Shown: positions 38,027-49,177, counted from the stretch's first letter. The stretch: 64,000 bases of DNA from an uncultured Chromatiales bacterium (GCA_964581365.1 CAZOOF010000004.1:442-64441); one strand, 5' to 3'. Notes: generated from the letters alone by a model not told the origin. Numbers and translations are program-made.

Positions 38027-39830
38027 ACATGTGCTCGAGCGCCGCGCCCATACGCTCCATCACCTCCGCGCGGCGCAGCTTCATCGTTGGCGTGAGAAGA
38101 CCGTTATCGACCGTCCAGGGCTCCAGCGTGAGCGCAACCCGGCGCACTTGCGCATATCCGGGAAAGCCGGTGAGTTGCTCGCCGACCAGGCGGGACACTT
38201 CATCGAGCAGGCGGGGCTCGTTCAGCAGCGAATGGGGCTCATCGCGAAGCCCGCGCTCGGCAACGAAGGCTGCCCACTGGGCCGGATCGAGCACCAGCAG
38301 CGCGGCAAGAAAGGGCCGCCCCTCGCCAACGACCATCGCCTGCTCGAACAGCGGATGCATGGTCACGGCGCTTTCCATGTCGACTGGCGATACCTTTTCG
38401 CCATTCGACAGCACGATGATGTCCTTGATCCGCCCGGTGATGTAAATGCGCCCATCCTCCAGGCGACCGCAATCGCCGGTATGCATCCACCCATCGGCAT
38501 CGATGGCAGCCGCGCTCGCCTCATCATCGTCCAGATACCCCTGCATCAGGCCCGGACTTCGCACCAGCAGCTCATCACCGGGACCGATACGAACCTCGAC
38601 GTCCCGCAGCGGACGGCCCACGCTCGCTGGATCGTTGTCTTCCAGACTGTTGCCGCTCACCACCGGGCCGAGTTCGGTCATTCCGTAGCCCTGCACCAGC
38701 GGCACCCCGAGAGCGATGAACCGGCGTGCGACATGCACCGGCAGCGGTGCGCCTCCGCACACCGCAATGCGCACCCGGCCACCGAGACGCTCCCTGACCG
38801 GGCCGGCAACCAGACGGCGGAGCAACGGCCAGGCTAGAAACCGCAGCGACCATCGTCCCCGCCCCTGGTCATATTCAAAGCGCGCCCAGCCGGTGCCTAC
38901 CGCCGCTTTGAACAAGTACCGCGCGAAAGCCGACCGCTGTTTCATGCTTTCGTCGATACGGGCATAGATGCGTTCATAAATCCGCGGCACCGAGATGAGG
39001 ACGGTGGGACGGATGTGCACCAGATCCTCGGCCAGATTCGCGGCCGATCGCGCGAACGCTACAGTTGCGCCGGCCATCATCGGCAGATAGCAGCCGACGG
39101 TGCGCTCCAGCATGTGTGAAAGCGGCAGAAAAGAGAGAAACAGGTCATCGCCATGCACCGCGCTGCAGTGATGCGAAGCCCATGCGTTCCACAGAATATT
39201 GCCATGGCTCAGCAGCACGCCTTTCGGCCGCCCGGCGGTGCCGGATGTGTAAACAATGGTGGCTACGGCACTGTGGCTCGCGCTCGAAGTGCGCAGCTCG
39301 CCGCCATCGGGGGGCAGCCAGTCCCGCAGCAGGGCCAGGCGTTCGTCGGCATCGAAATCGATGCCTGCGCCCTCACCCAGGACAATGCGCAGAGACAGAT
39401 TCCTGAGCGACGCAGAGACGCGTTGCCACTGCTCGGCGCTGTCGACGAAGAGCAGTCGCGCACCCGTGCGCCTCAGGATCCAGCCGACGTTGTCACCACG
39501 GTCGTTGAAATAGAGCGGAACGACGACCAGGCCGAGCCCCATGGCGGCCTGGTCGAAACAGACCCAGTCGAGGCCGTTACCCGCCATCAGCGCCACACGG
39601 TCTCCGGCGCGCAGCCCCTCGCCCAGCATGGCCATCTGCCAACGGGCAACCCGGGCCGCGACCCCGTTCCAGTCCAGATCACGCCAGCGGGAAGTTTCGC
39701 GGTCGAACCAGCGATAAGCAGGCGCCTGCGGCGTTCGTCGCACCCGTTCGCGCAACAGCGCGCTCAGATTGTCGACACTGACCGGCTCGATGAAGGTCCG
39801 CTCCACATCCGGCACGTCATCTCGTCCCAT
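38013..39830 (-). CDS. AMP-dependent synthetase/ligase (long-chain-fatty-acid--CoA ligase-like)
   Basis: AMP-binding signature IVYTSGTAGRPKGV, GYGMTE. Start set at MGRDDVPDV (AAGGA SD); the tracked ORF 38013..40028 includes a 66-aa leader. Confidence 0.85.
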   Translation of the reverse strand: MGRDDVPDVERTFIEPVSVDNLSALLRERVRRTPQAPAYRWFDRETSRWRDLDWNGVAARVARWQMAMLGEGLRAGDRVALMAGNGLDWVCFDQAAMGLGLVVVPLYFNDRGDNVGWILRRTGARLLFVDSAEQWQRVSASLRNLSLRIVLGEGAGIDFDADERLALLRDWLPPDGGELRTSSASHSAVATIVYTSGTAGRPKGVLLSHGNILWNAWASHHCSAVHGDDLFLSFLPLSHMLERTVGCYLPMMAGATVAFARSAANLAEDLVHIRPTVLISVPRIYERIYARIDESMKQRSAFARYLFKAAVGTGWARFEYDQGRGRWSLRFLAWPLLRRLVAGPVRERLGGRVRIAVCGGAPLPVHVARRFIALGVPLVQGYGMTELGPVVSGNSLEDNDPASVGRPLRDVEVRIGPGDELLVRSPGLMQGYLDDDEASAAAIDADGWMHTGDCGRLEDGRIYITGRIKDIIVLSNGEKVSPVDMESAVTMHPLFEQAMVVGEGRPFLAALLVLDPAQWAAFVAERGLRDEPHSLLNEPRLLDEVSRLVGEQLTGFPGYAQVRRVALTLEPWTVDNGLLTPTMKLRRAEVMERMGAALEHMYAGH

Positions 39831-39950
39831 GGTTTCGTCCTTCGTCGTCACATATCGGCCTTCGGAGACAAGCGATGGCCGGTAATGTATTTTCGTGTAC
39901 GCGCAGGTAATATAACCCGGTCGGGTCGACGGGCGAACAGAATTGGCGCG

Positions 39951-39973
39951 CGTATGGCACGAGAATCCAGCGT
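39951..39973. promoter_or_regulatory. Perfect inverted repeat TGGCACG-N9-CGTGCCA in the divergent acyl-CoA synthetase / xthA intergenic region; candidate operator
   Basis: 7-bp perfect arms, 9-bp spacer, ~70 bp upstream of xthA and ~120 bp upstream of the ligase start. Confidence 0.4.
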
Positions 39974-40040
39974 GCCACGCAGCTGCGCGCAGCAAATCCC
40001 AAGGATTGCCCATGTCTCGCAACGCCAATCACGTATTTGC

Positions 40041-40811
40041 ATGAAGATCGCCAGCTGGAACGTCAATTCGCTGCGCGTACGCCTGCCGCAGGTACTCGAA
40101 TGGCTGCAATCCCACTCTCCCGACATACTCGGACTGCAGGAGACCAAGCTGCAGGACGAACAGTTTCCGGTCGAGGAATTCCGCGCTGCGGGCTACCACG
40201 CCGAATTCGCTGGCCAGAAGACCTACAACGGCGTTGCGGTGTTGAGCCGCGAGCCGGCCTGCGATGTGATTCGCGATATTCCCGAGCTCGATGACGCGCA
40301 GCGTCGCGTTCTCGGCGTCACCTGCGCCGGGCTGCGGGTGCTCAATCTGTATGTTCCCAACGGGCAATCGGTAACGTCCGAGAAATATGTCTACAAGCTG
40401 CGCTGGCTGGAACGGCTGACCGAGTATGTGAAAGCACAGAGCAGCCTCCATCCGCGTCTGGTGCTCATCGGCGACTTCAACATCGCGCCGGCGCCCATCG
40501 ACGTTCACGACCCGGAGGCCTGGGAGGGAAAGGTGCTGTTCAGCGAACCGGAGCGCGCGGCGTTCACACGCCTGCTGGAGGCCGGCGGCTTGCGCGATGT
40601 TTTTCGCGAACAGCATCCGGACGAACAGGCATTCACTTGGTGGGACTATCGCGTCAACGCCTTCCGCCGCAATCTCGGCCTGCGCATCGACCATGTGCTG
40701 GCGAGTCAGGCGCTGTATGAACGCTGCGGCGGCTGCATCATCGATATCGAGGCGCGGCGCGCCGAACGCCCCTCCGATCACGCGCCAATCATGGCCAGTT
40801 TCGACTTATGA
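40041..40811 (+). CDS. xthA: Exodeoxyribonuclease III
   Basis: MKIASWNVNSLRVRLPQVLEWL..., EEP nuclease family. The tracked ORF 39153..40811 runs through the divergent upstream gene and is an artifact of no-stop GC-rich sequence. Confidence 0.92.
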   Translation: MKIASWNVNSLRVRLPQVLEWLQSHSPDILGLQETKLQDEQFPVEEFRAAGYHAEFAGQKTYNGVAVLSREPACDVIRDIPELDDAQRRVLGVTCAGLRVLNLYVPNGQSVTSEKYVYKLRWLERLTEYVKAQSSLHPRLVLIGDFNIAPAPIDVHDPEAWEGKVLFSEPERAAFTRLLEAGGLRDVFREQHPDEQAFTWWDYRVNAFRRNLGLRIDHVLASQALYERCGGCIIDIEARRAERPSDHAPIMASFDL

Positions 40812-40842
40812 ACCATCCGGCATCTGCTGAACGGAAACGTCG

Positions 40843-42318
40843 ATGAAGTACCGCGATCTGCGCGATTTTATCGCTACCCTCGAAGCACGCGGCGAACTGC
40901 GCCGCGTGAGCGCCGAGATCGATCCCAGGCTCGAGATGACGGAGATCTGCGATCGCACGCTCCGCCGCGGCGGGCCGGCGTTGCTGTTCGAAAATCCCAA
41001 GGGTCACGACATTCCGGTGCTCGCCAATCTTTTCGGCACCCCCGGGCGCGTCGCCCTCGGCATGGGCGCCGATTCGGTGGATGCGCTGCGCGACATCGGC
41101 AAGCTGCTCGCCTACCTGAAGGAGCCGGAACCCCCCGCCGGCCTGCGCGATGCCTGGGACAAATGGCCTGTGCTGAAACAGGTGCTGAACATGAACCCGC
41201 GCAACGTGGATCGCGCGCCCTGCCAGCGCAACGTGATCGAGGGCGATGATGTCGACCTTTCGCGACTGCCGATCCAGACCTGCTGGCCCGGCGATGCCGG
41301 CCCGCTCATCACCTGGGCGCTGGTGGTGACCCGCGGACCGAACAAGCCGCGCCAGAACCTCGGCATCTACCGGCAACAGGTGATCGGTCGCAACCGCGTC
41401 ATCATGCGCTGGCTCGCTCACCGGGGCGGCGCACTCGATTTCCGCGACTGGCAGCAGGCGCATCCGGGACAGCCGTTCCCGGTCGCAGTCGCCCTGGGCG
41501 CCGATCCGGCGACCATCCTCGGAGCCGTGACGCCGGTCCCGGACACGCTATCCGAATACGCCTTCGCCGGACTGCTGCGCGGCGGCAAGACCGAAGTCAC
41601 GAAGTGCATCGGCAGCGACCTCACTGTGCCGGCGAGCGCTGAGATCGTGCTCGAAGGCCACATCGCCCCCGATGACATGGCCGACGAAGGCCCCTTCGGC
41701 GATCACACCGGCTACTACAATGAGGTCGATCGTTTTCCGGTCTTCACCATCGACCGCATCACCCATCGCGACAGTCCGATCTATCACAGCACCTACACCG
41801 GCCGTCCGCCGGACGAGCCCGCCGTGCTCGGCGTCGCGCTCAACGAAGTCTTCGTACCGATCCTGCAGAAGCAGTTCCCCGAGATCGTCGACTTCTACCT
41901 GCCGCCCGAGGGCTGCTCCTACCGCCTCGCCTGCGTCAGCATGCGCAAGCAGTACCCTGGCCACGCCAAGCGCGTCATGCTCGGTATCTGGTCCTTCCTG
42001 CGCCAGTTCATGTACACCAAGTTCGTCATCGTCGTCGACGACGATGTCGACGTGCGCGACTGGAAGAGCGTCGTCTGGGCCATGACCACGCGCATGGACC
42101 CACGTCGCGACATGGTCTTCATCGACAACACACCGATCGATTACCTCGACTTCGCCTCACCGGTGTCGGGGCTGGGTTCGAAGGTCGGCTTCGACGCGAC
42201 CAACAAGTGGCAGGGCGAAACGGCCAGAGAATGGGGAAGACCGATCGAGATGGATGCCGCGATCAAAGCCAGGATCGACGATATCTGGGACGAACTCGAA
42301 ATATTCGGCGGCAGATAG
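40843..42318 (+). CDS. ubiD: 4-hydroxy-3-polyprenylbenzoate decarboxylase
   Basis: 491 aa, [22 protein letters not shown]... UbiD family. Confidence 0.92.
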   Translation: MKYRDLRDFIATLEARGELRRVSAEIDPRLEMTEICDRTLRRGGPALLFENPKGHDIPVLANLFGTPGRVALGMGADSVDALRDIGKLLAYLKEPEPPAGLRDAWDKWPVLKQVLNMNPRNVDRAPCQRNVIEGDDVDLSRLPIQTCWPGDAGPLITWALVVTRGPNKPRQNLGIYRQQVIGRNRVIMRWLAHRGGALDFRDWQQAHPGQPFPVAVALGADPATILGAVTPVPDTLSEYAFAGLLRGGKTEVTKCIGSDLTVPASAEIVLEGHIAPDDMADEGPFGDHTGYYNEVDRFPVFTIDRITHRDSPIYHSTYTGRPPDEPAVLGVALNEVFVPILQKQFPEIVDFYLPPEGCSYRLACVSMRKQYPGHAKRVMLGIWSFLRQFMYTKFVIVVDDDVDVRDWKSVVWAMTTRMDPRRDMVFIDNTPIDYLDFASPVSGLGSKVGFDATNKWQGETAREWGRPIEMDAAIKARIDDIWDELEIFGGR

Positions 42319-42924
42319 ATGAAGCATGTGCGGGCCGCCATGAACAAGTCCGGCGAAGAGCGCCAGAAACGCAGCATCATCGACCTCAGAATCCAGGAAC
42401 TGGGAAAACTGTTCGATGCGCTGGACCCGTCTCCGTTTCGCAGCAAGGACCTGCATCCATCCGCCGAAGAGTATATCGTCGGCAGCGCGAGGGAGCTGCC
42501 GGCGAAGAGTCCCCTCATCCTGGTGCTGCATGTCGACGGATCGCCCCGGGTGCCGGATGAAGAACACGTAGTCAGTGAGGCCGTCCATGCGCACTTCTTC
42601 CGTCAGGCAGAGTTGGCGCGACGCCGGCTGCGCACGCTGCTGCACCGTGGCGGTATCAGTCTGCTGATCGGCGTCAGCTTCCTGATCGCCGCCCTTGCCG
42701 GCTCGGCCTCGGTGGCGCAACTGCTGGGAGAAAGCACCATGGCCATAGTATTCCGCGAAAGCCTGATGATCGGCGGCTGGGTGGCCATGTGGCGCCCCCT
42801 GGAAACCTTCCTGTACGACTGGTGGCCTCTGCTGGGCGAGTATCGGTTTCACCAGCGCCTCGGCCGCATGCCCGTGCAGATCTCCTATTCCGGTTCCGCG
42901 CCGGCATCGACCGCGCGGACCTGA
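42319..42924 (+). CDS. Hypothetical membrane protein (two or three predicted TM helices), unknown family
   Basis: The ATG immediately follows the ubiD TAG; coding-like GC3; hydrophobic segments ISLLIGVSFLIAALAGSASV and IGGWVAMW. Confidence 0.45.
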   Translation: MKHVRAAMNKSGEERQKRSIIDLRIQELGKLFDALDPSPFRSKDLHPSAEEYIVGSARELPAKSPLILVLHVDGSPRVPDEEHVVSEAVHAHFFRQAELARRRLRTLLHRGGISLLIGVSFLIAALAGSASVAQLLGESTMAIVFRESLMIGGWVAMWRPLETFLYDWWPLLGEYRFHQRLGRMPVQISYSGSAPASTART

Positions 42925-42976
42925 CCGCCGACCGCCGCCTTGCTATACTGCGGGAAATGACGCGGGGGAGACTTTA

Positions 42977-43822
42977 GTGGCGACAGACGGTGCCATCCGC
43001 TTCAGCAAGATGCATGGCCTGGGCAATGACTTCGTCGTGATCGATGCGATCCGGCAGGTCTTTCTGCCGACTCCGACCCTGGTCCGGCGGCTCGCCGACC
43101 GGCATACCGGCATAGGTTTCGATCAGTTGCTGCTGGTTGAACCGGCCGCGCGCGCGGACGCGGATTTTCGCTATCGCATCTTCAATGCCGACGGTAGCGA
43201 GGCCGAGCAGTGCGGCAATGGCGCCCGCTGCTTTGTTCAGTTCGTGCGTACCTACGGTCTGACCGACAAGACCAGGCTTGTACTCGAGACCAGCACCGGC
43301 CTGCTGCACGCCACCGTCACCGATGGCAACCTGGTCGCGGTGGCAATGGCCGAACCGGATTTTGATCCAGCGTCCCTGCCCTTCACCGGCGCTGACACGG
43401 CCGATCTGACTCACGAACTGGAGGTGGACGGAGAACGGGTCCGGATGCACCTGGTTTCGATGGGAAACCCCCACGCAGTGATTGAGGTCAGCGACGTCGA
43501 GCAGGCTCCCGTTGCAACGCTCGGCCGCCTGATCGGCAGCCATTCGGCTTTCCCCCAGGGCGTCAACGTCGGTTTCCTCGAGATTCAGGATCGGCTCAAC
43601 GCGCGCCTGCGCGTCTATGAACGCGGCGCGGGCGAGACACTGTCCTGCGGCAGCGGCGCGTGCGCGGCTGTCGCCGCCGGCCGCAGAGCCGGCCTGCTCG
43701 ATGAACGTGTCCTGGTCGAGCTGCCAGGAGGCCGTCTGCTGATCGAATGGCCCGGACCGGGTCACGCGGTGCGCATGACCGGTCCCGCCACTCATGTGTT
43801 CGAAGGAACATTTATCCCATGA
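42977..43822 (+). CDS. dapF: Diaminopimelate epimerase
   Basis: FSKMHGLGNDF, CGNGARC motifs; GTG start with a GGAG SD. Confidence 0.92.
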   Translation: MATDGAIRFSKMHGLGNDFVVIDAIRQVFLPTPTLVRRLADRHTGIGFDQLLLVEPAARADADFRYRIFNADGSEAEQCGNGARCFVQFVRTYGLTDKTRLVLETSTGLLHATVTDGNLVAVAMAEPDFDPASLPFTGADTADLTHELEVDGERVRMHLVSMGNPHAVIEVSDVEQAPVATLGRLIGSHSAFPQGVNVGFLEIQDRLNARLRVYERGAGETLSCGSGACAAVAAGRRAGLLDERVLVELPGGRLLIEWPGPGHAVRMTGPATHVFEGTFIP

Positions 43823-44544
43823 AAATGAAGAGTACGGAACCCGTGACAGCGCTCAGCGCCGAGATGGTGGAAGAGTACCTGCGCAACCATACCGAGTTCT
43901 TTCATGGTCGCGATGAGCTGCTGCGGATCCTCAGCATCCCGCACGCCGCGAACGGAGCGGTGTCGCTGGTGGAGCGCCAGATCGCCCTGCTCCGCGAACA
44001 GAACCGCAATTACCGTCGGCAGCTGCAGGACCTGGTAGAGGTGGCGCGCGACAATGAGCGTCTGCTCGGCAGGCTGCAGCGCCTGACCCTGCGGCTGCTC
44101 GACGCCGAGACCCTGACTGATCTGCTGGCGACGCTGGAGGACAGCCTGCGCGCGGATTTTCACGCCGACGCCGCCTGCCTGTACATTACCGGCGCCGACC
44201 TGTCCGAATGGCAGCCGAACGGCGCATTCCTGCAGAAGCGCATCGCCAGCACGGAGACAGGCACGGAGCTGCAGCGACTGCTGAAAGGAGGCTCTCCGGT
44301 CTGCGGTCGCCTGCGCGACGACCAGCTTGCCGAGCTGTTCGGAGCCGGCGCCGCCAGCGTCGGCTCGGTAGCCCTGCTGCCGCTCATCAGCGGAGAGCGC
44401 ACTTTCGGCGGACTGGCCATCGGCAGTCACAGCACGGATCGTTTCAATGCCGAAATGGGCACCGCTTACCTCGACCACCTGGCGGAGCTGATCTCGCATC
44501 GGATTGCGCCGTTTCTGAACGAATCGACACCTCGGATCGCATGA
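43819..44544 (+). CDS. DUF484 family protein (YigA-like)
   Basis: Start MKMKSTEP overlaps the dapF stop (ATGA); conserved dapF-yigA-xerC order. Confidence 0.75.
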   Translation: MKMKSTEPVTALSAEMVEEYLRNHTEFFHGRDELLRILSIPHAANGAVSLVERQIALLREQNRNYRRQLQDLVEVARDNERLLGRLQRLTLRLLDAETLTDLLATLEDSLRADFHADAACLYITGADLSEWQPNGAFLQKRIASTETGTELQRLLKGGSPVCGRLRDDQLAELFGAGAASVGSVALLPLISGERTFGGLAIGSHSTDRFNAEMGTAYLDHLAELISHRIAPFLNESTPRIA

Positions 44545-45443
44545 TGGATCTGGGCACCGGCCTGGAACGGTTTGCTGCCCACCTCGACGCCCGCGGGATG
44601 TCACCGCGCACTACCCGGGCATATCTGCGCGATCTCGAGAGTTTCCGCGGCTGGTGCGCCGCTCACGGCTGCACCTCATGCAAGGCGATCGCCTCCTCCC
44701 GGATACAGGATTTCATCGCCGCGGAGCATCGCCGCGGACTTGGCGCGCGCAGCCTGCAGCGTCTGCTGTCCTCCTTGCGCGCATTCTTCGCCTGGCTGGT
44801 CGACGCCGGACAGATCGAGCGCAATCCGGCGCTGGGCGTCCGCTCGCCTCAGGTCCGCCGGCGGCTGCCCGAGACCCTGGATGTCGACCAGGCCGCGCGC
44901 CTGCTCGACGCCGATGCCACCGACTTTCTCGCCGCGCGGGATCTGGCGCTGATGGAACTGATCTACTCGTCCGGGTTACGCTTGGCCGAAGTATTGTCGC
45001 TCGATCTCGGAGATATCGACCTGCGGGAATGTGTGGTACGGGTTACCGGCAAAGGCGCGCGGGCGCGCATCGTGCCAGTGGGCACGGCGGCGCGCTCCGC
45101 CGTGCAGCGCTACCTGCAGGCTGCGGAAGCCAGGCGCCCTCCCGGTGAGTTGGCCCTGTTCCTGGCCAAGAGCGGCAAACGGCTGTCGGCGCGCAGCGTT
45201 CAGGCGCGGATCGCCGCCTGGGGACAACGGCAGGGCCTCGATTCCCGGCTTCATCCCCACATGCTGCGCCATGCGTTTGCCACCCACCTGCTGGAATCGT
45301 CCGGCGACCTGCGCGCAGTGCAGGAATTGCTCGGCCACGCCGACCTGTCTACCACCCAGATCTATACGCACCTCGACTTTCAGCACCTGGCCCAGGTCTA
45401 TGACCAGGCCCACCCGCGCGCGCGCCGCCGCCCGCGCGACTGA
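44541..45443 (+). CDS. xerC: Tyrosine recombinase XerC
   Basis: Phage-integrase catalytic R..HxxR..Y (HMLRHAFATHLL, LGHADLSTTQIYTH); start overlaps the DUF484 stop. Confidence 0.9.
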   Translation: MMDLGTGLERFAAHLDARGMSPRTTRAYLRDLESFRGWCAAHGCTSCKAIASSRIQDFIAAEHRRGLGARSLQRLLSSLRAFFAWLVDAGQIERNPALGVRSPQVRRRLPETLDVDQAARLLDADATDFLAARDLALMELIYSSGLRLAEVLSLDLGDIDLRECVVRVTGKGARARIVPVGTAARSAVQRYLQAAEARRPPGELALFLAKSGKRLSARSVQARIAAWGQRQGLDSRLHPHMLRHAFATHLLESSGDLRAVQELLGHADLSTTQIYTHLDFQHLAQVYDQAHPRARRRPRD

Positions 45444-45499
45444 CCGCGCCGTCCGCCATGAACGATGGTGTACAATCATCGGTTCAGGATTCCAGGCGG

Positions 45500-46067
45500 A
45501 GAGAAGGACTTGGAGCAGTTCCGAGGAACTACCATTCTGTCGGTGCGGCGCAACGGCCGGGTCGCCATCGGTGGCGATGGCCAGGTCTCGCTCGGCAACA
45601 CGGTCATGAAGGCCAATGCGCGCAAGGTGCGACGGCTTTACAACGGCAAGGTGCTGGCCGGATTTGCCGGCGGCACGGCGGACGCGTTCACGCTTTTCGA
45701 GCGATTTGAAGGCAAGCTGGAGAAACACTCCGGCAATCTCGTCCGCTCCGCCGTCGAGCTCGCCAAGGACTGGCGCACGGACCGCATTCTCCGTCGGCTG
45801 GAAGCGCTGCTGGTGGTTGCGGACCTCGACGCCTCACTGATCATCTCGGGCAACGGGGATGTCATCGAACCCGAACACCCAGTGATGGCGATCGGCTCCG
45901 GTGGTCCTTTCGCTCTGGCCGCCGCCCGCGCGCTGATCGAGAATACCGACCTGCCACCGCGCACCATCGTGGAACGCGGTCTGGCGATTGCCGCCGACAT
46001 CTGCATCTACACCAATCACACGCTGGCGATCGAAGAGCTTCCGGCGGAAGGAACGGTGGCAGTCTGA
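45500..46067 (+). CDS. hslV: ATP-dependent protease subunit HslV
   Basis: [10 protein letters not shown]...[13 protein letters not shown]...; the start is uncertain (TTG at 45500 with a GGAGAGAAGGA SD, or ATG at 45465). No start codon directly precedes the catalytic Thr. Confidence 0.85.
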
Positions 46068-47392
46068 TGTCCGAAATGACCCCCAGAGAGATAGTCCAGG
46101 AACTCGACAAGCACATCGTCGGGCAGCAGGCCGCCAAGCGCGCAGTCGCGATCGCCTTGCGCAACCGCTGGCGCCGCATGCAGGTAGCCGATGATCTGCG
46201 CAACGAGATCACCCCCAAGAACATTCTGATGATCGGGCCCACCGGCGTCGGCAAGACCGAAATCGCGCGCCGCATCGCCCGGCTGGTGAACGCGCCCTTC
46301 GTCAAGGTGGAGGCCAGCAAGTTCACCGAGGTCGGGTATGTCGGCCGCGATGTCGAGTCGATCATCCGCGAACTGGCTGAAATGTCGCTCAAGATGACGC
46401 GCGAGCAGGAAATGGCCCGGGTGCGGCGGCGGGCCGAGGATCTGGCGGAAGACCGCATCCTCGATGTGCTCTTGCCACCGGCGCGGGGCGTGGATGCGCG
46501 CAGTGATGAGGACAGTGCCACGCGGCAGAAATTCCGCAAGAAGCTTCGTGAAGGCGACCTCGACGATACCGAGATCGAGATCGAGGTAAGCGCGGCTCCG
46601 GTTGGCGTGGAAATCATGGCGCCGCCGGGCATGGAGGAGATGAGCAGCCAGCTTCAGAGTCTGTTCCGCAACTTCGCCGGACAACAGACCAAGCGGCGCC
46701 GCATGCCGATTCGCGAAGCCTTCCGCCTGCTCACGGATGAAGAGGCCGCACGGCTGATCAACGAGGATGAGATCAAGACTCGGGCTCTGGAGAACGCGGA
46801 ACAGAACGGCATCGTGTTCATAGACGAGATTGACAAGATCGCCCGCCGCTCGGACGGCGGGCATGGGCCGGACGTTTCACGAGAAGGCGTGCAGCGCGAT
46901 CTCCTGCCCCTGGTCGAAGGCTCCACCGTCAGCACCAAGCTCGGAACCATCCGCACCGATCACATACTGTTCATCGCCTCGGGAGCCTTTCACCTGAGCA
47001 AGCCTTCGGATCTCATTCCGGAGCTGCAGGGACGCCTCCCCATCCGCGTGGAGCTCAATGCGCTGACCGCCGAGGATTTCATTCGCATTCTCACCGAACC
47101 GAACGCCTCACTCACCGAGCAGTACAAGGCGCTGATGGCAACGGAGAATCTCACCGTGGAATTTACCGACGACGGCATTGCGCGCCTCGCCGAGATCGCG
47201 TGGCAGGTCAACGAGCGGACCGAAAACATCGGAGCGCGACGCTTGCATACGGTCATGGAGCGGGTAATGGAAACGCTGTCCTTCGAGGCATCGGATCGCG
47301 GAGGCCAGACAGTCGCCATCGACGCCGCCTATGTCGACAGCTATCTCGATGCCCTGGTCGAAAACGAAGACCTCAGCCGCTACATTCTGTGA
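46067..47392 (+). CDS. hslU: ATP-dependent protease ATPase subunit HslU
   Basis: Walker [12 protein letters not shown]+ ClpY family, 441 aa. Confidence 0.95.
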   Translation: MSEMTPREIVQELDKHIVGQQAAKRAVAIALRNRWRRMQVADDLRNEITPKNILMIGPTGVGKTEIARRIARLVNAPFVKVEASKFTEVGYVGRDVESIIRELAEMSLKMTREQEMARVRRRAEDLAEDRILDVLLPPARGVDARSDEDSATRQKFRKKLREGDLDDTEIEIEVSAAPVGVEIMAPPGMEEMSSQLQSLFRNFAGQQTKRRRMPIREAFRLLTDEEAARLINEDEIKTRALENAEQNGIVFIDEIDKIARRSDGGHGPDVSREGVQRDLLPLVEGSTVSTKLGTIRTDHILFIASGAFHLSKPSDLIPELQGRLPIRVELNALTAEDFIRILTEPNASLTEQYKALMATENLTVEFTDDGIARLAEIAWQVNERTENIGARRLHTVMERVMETLSFEASDRGGQTVAIDAAYVDSYLDALVENEDLSRYIL

Positions 47393-47393
47393 C

Positions 47394-47765
47394 ATGAACG
47401 CCCAGGCCATTCCAACGGAAATCCGTCTGCACCAGCGTTCGCGCGTACTGGAGGTCACTTTCGACGACGGTGCACGCTTCAGCATACCGTGCGAGCTGCT
47501 CCGCGTATATTCGCCATCGGCCGAGGTGCGCGGACACGGGCCGGGCCAGGAAGTGCTGCAGGTCGGCAAGGAAAACGTGAACATCGCCGCCATCGAGCCG
47601 GTAGGAAATTACGCCGTCAAGCTGATCTTCGACGATGGCCATGACACGGGTCTTTACACCTGGGATCTGCTCTATCGTCTCGGCGCAAAGCAGGACGAAT
47701 TCCGACAGCTGTACCTCGAAAAACTGCGACGAGCCGGTTACGAACAGACCGGACAAGGATCCTGA
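47394..47765 (+). CDS. DUF971 (gamma-butyrobetaine hydroxylase-like N-terminal domain) protein
   Basis: Start at [10 protein letters not shown] right after the hslU stop; DUF971 pattern (LEVTFDDG...[10 protein letters not shown]). Confidence 0.7.
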   Translation: MNAQAIPTEIRLHQRSRVLEVTFDDGARFSIPCELLRVYSPSAEVRGHGPGQEVLQVGKENVNIAAIEPVGNYAVKLIFDDGHDTGLYTWDLLYRLGAKQDEFRQLYLEKLRRAGYEQTGQGS

Positions 47766-47773
47766 GACAATCC

Positions 47774-48532
47774 ATGGAAGATCCACAACGGCCGCAATCG
47801 ACTCATTTCGGATTCGAGCAGGTTTCCGTACACGAAAAGGCACGTCGCGTGCGCGGCGTATTCGACTCGGTGGCGAACCGCTACGATCTGATGAACGATC
47901 TGATGTCTCTCGGCATCCATCGGATATGGAAACGCATCGCCATCGAGATGGCAGCGGTCGCACCGGGACAGCGCGTGCTCGATCTCGCCGCCGGCACCGG
48001 AGATCTCACCGCGGCGCTGGCGCGACGGGCAGGTGCATCGGGCAGCGTCATCGCCGCCGATATCAATGCCGCCATGCTGGAGATCGGAAGAAATCGGCTG
48101 ATAGATCGCGGGATCGCCGGCACGGTCGCTTACGCCCAGGCCGATGCCGAGCGCCTGCCCTTCGCCGATGACAGCTTCGATGTCGTCACCATGGCGTTCG
48201 GCCTGCGCAATGTCACCAACAAGGCGGCAGCCCTCCGCTCGATCCTGCGCGTGCTCAAGCCAGGCGGCAAACTGCTGGTCCTGGAGTTTTCTCACCCCCG
48301 GACCCGCCCTGTCGCCGCCCTCTATGACGTCTATTCCTTCCGCATGCTCCCGCTGATCGGACGCGTCGTTGCCGGCGATGAGAGCAGTTACCGTTACCTT
48401 GCCGAATCGATTCGCATGCACCCCGATCAGGCCGCCCTGCAGGCGCTGATGGAAGAGGCGGGATACGCCCATTGCGACCACATCAATCTTTCGGCGGGAG
48501 TGGTGGCGATCCATCGCGGCTACAAGGTCTGA
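47774..48532 (+). CDS. ubiE: Ubiquinone/menaquinone biosynthesis C-methyltransferase
   Basis: HFGFEQV...[18 protein letters not shown]; SAM motif LDLAAGTGD. Confidence 0.95.
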   Translation: MEDPQRPQSTHFGFEQVSVHEKARRVRGVFDSVANRYDLMNDLMSLGIHRIWKRIAIEMAAVAPGQRVLDLAAGTGDLTAALARRAGASGSVIAADINAAMLEIGRNRLIDRGIAGTVAYAQADAERLPFADDSFDVVTMAFGLRNVTNKAAALRSILRVLKPGGKLLVLEFSHPRTRPVAALYDVYSFRMLPLIGRVVAGDESSYRYLAESIRMHPDQAALQALMEEAGYAHCDHINLSAGVVAIHRGYKV

Positions 48533-48541
48533 CCCATTCTC

Positions 48542-49177
48542 ATGGAACCCGGTACGCTCCTGCAGGATACCAGCCTGAAGCTGCTCGAACGCTCGCTCAA
48601 CAAGCTGCTATCCCTGGATGAAGACGCCTCGGAACGCCTGGCGCCGCTGCGCGGCAAGCTGATCGGGATCAGCACCAGGGCGCCAGCCTTGCGCTGTTAT
48701 ATCGAGGTGGATGACGGAGAGCTGCGCTTGCGCAGCGAGGCAGAGCGCGCACCGGACACCATCATCAGTGGTTCGACGCTGGCTCTGCTGCGTCACGGCC
48801 TCAGCGACGATGCCCAGGCAGCGCTGCAGCGTGGCGACATGCAGATCACCGGCGACCTGCAGGCGGGCACCGCGCTGCGCGCGCTGTTCGGAAAGCTGGA
48901 CATCGATCTCGAAGAACAGATGTCTCGCCTGACCGGCGATGTGCTCGCCCACCAGTTGGGCAATCTGGCGCGTGGCCTGCGCCGCTGGGCCGCGGACGGA
49001 GGCGATTCGCTCCGACATGCCCTGGGAGAGTATCTGCGCGAGGAATCGCGGATGCTCGCCGACCGCCATGACACCGCATCCTTCCTCGATGAAGTCGACG
49101 TTCTGCGCCACGATGTCGACCGGCTCCAGCAGCGGATAGCCCGGCTGCAGAGGCGGCGCGGAGAGACCGGCAAATGA
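48542..49177 (+). CDS. ubiJ: Ubiquinone biosynthesis accessory factor UbiJ (SCP2 domain)
   Basis: Position between ubiE and ubiB; SCP2-like N-terminal domain, C-terminal coiled coil. Confidence 0.8.
   Translation: MEPGTLLQDTSLKLLERSLNKLLSLDEDASERLAPLRGKLIGISTRAPALRCYIEVDDGELRLRSEAERAPDTIISGSTLALLRHGLSDDAQAALQRGDMQITGDLQAGTALRALFGKLDIDLEEQMSRLTGDVLAHQLGNLARGLRRWAADGGDSLRHALGEYLREESRMLADRHDTASFLDEVDVLRHDVDRLQQRIARLQRRRGETGK

Noticed and set aside
39951-39966. Sigma-54 promoter (TGGCAC…)
   Set aside because: It lacks the -12 TTGC(A) element at the correct spacing and is better explained as half of a perfect palindrome.
39153-40040. First 296 codons of the tracked ORF 39153..40811
   Set aside because: It runs antisense through the acyl-CoA synthetase gene; xthA homology starts at MKIASWNV (40041).
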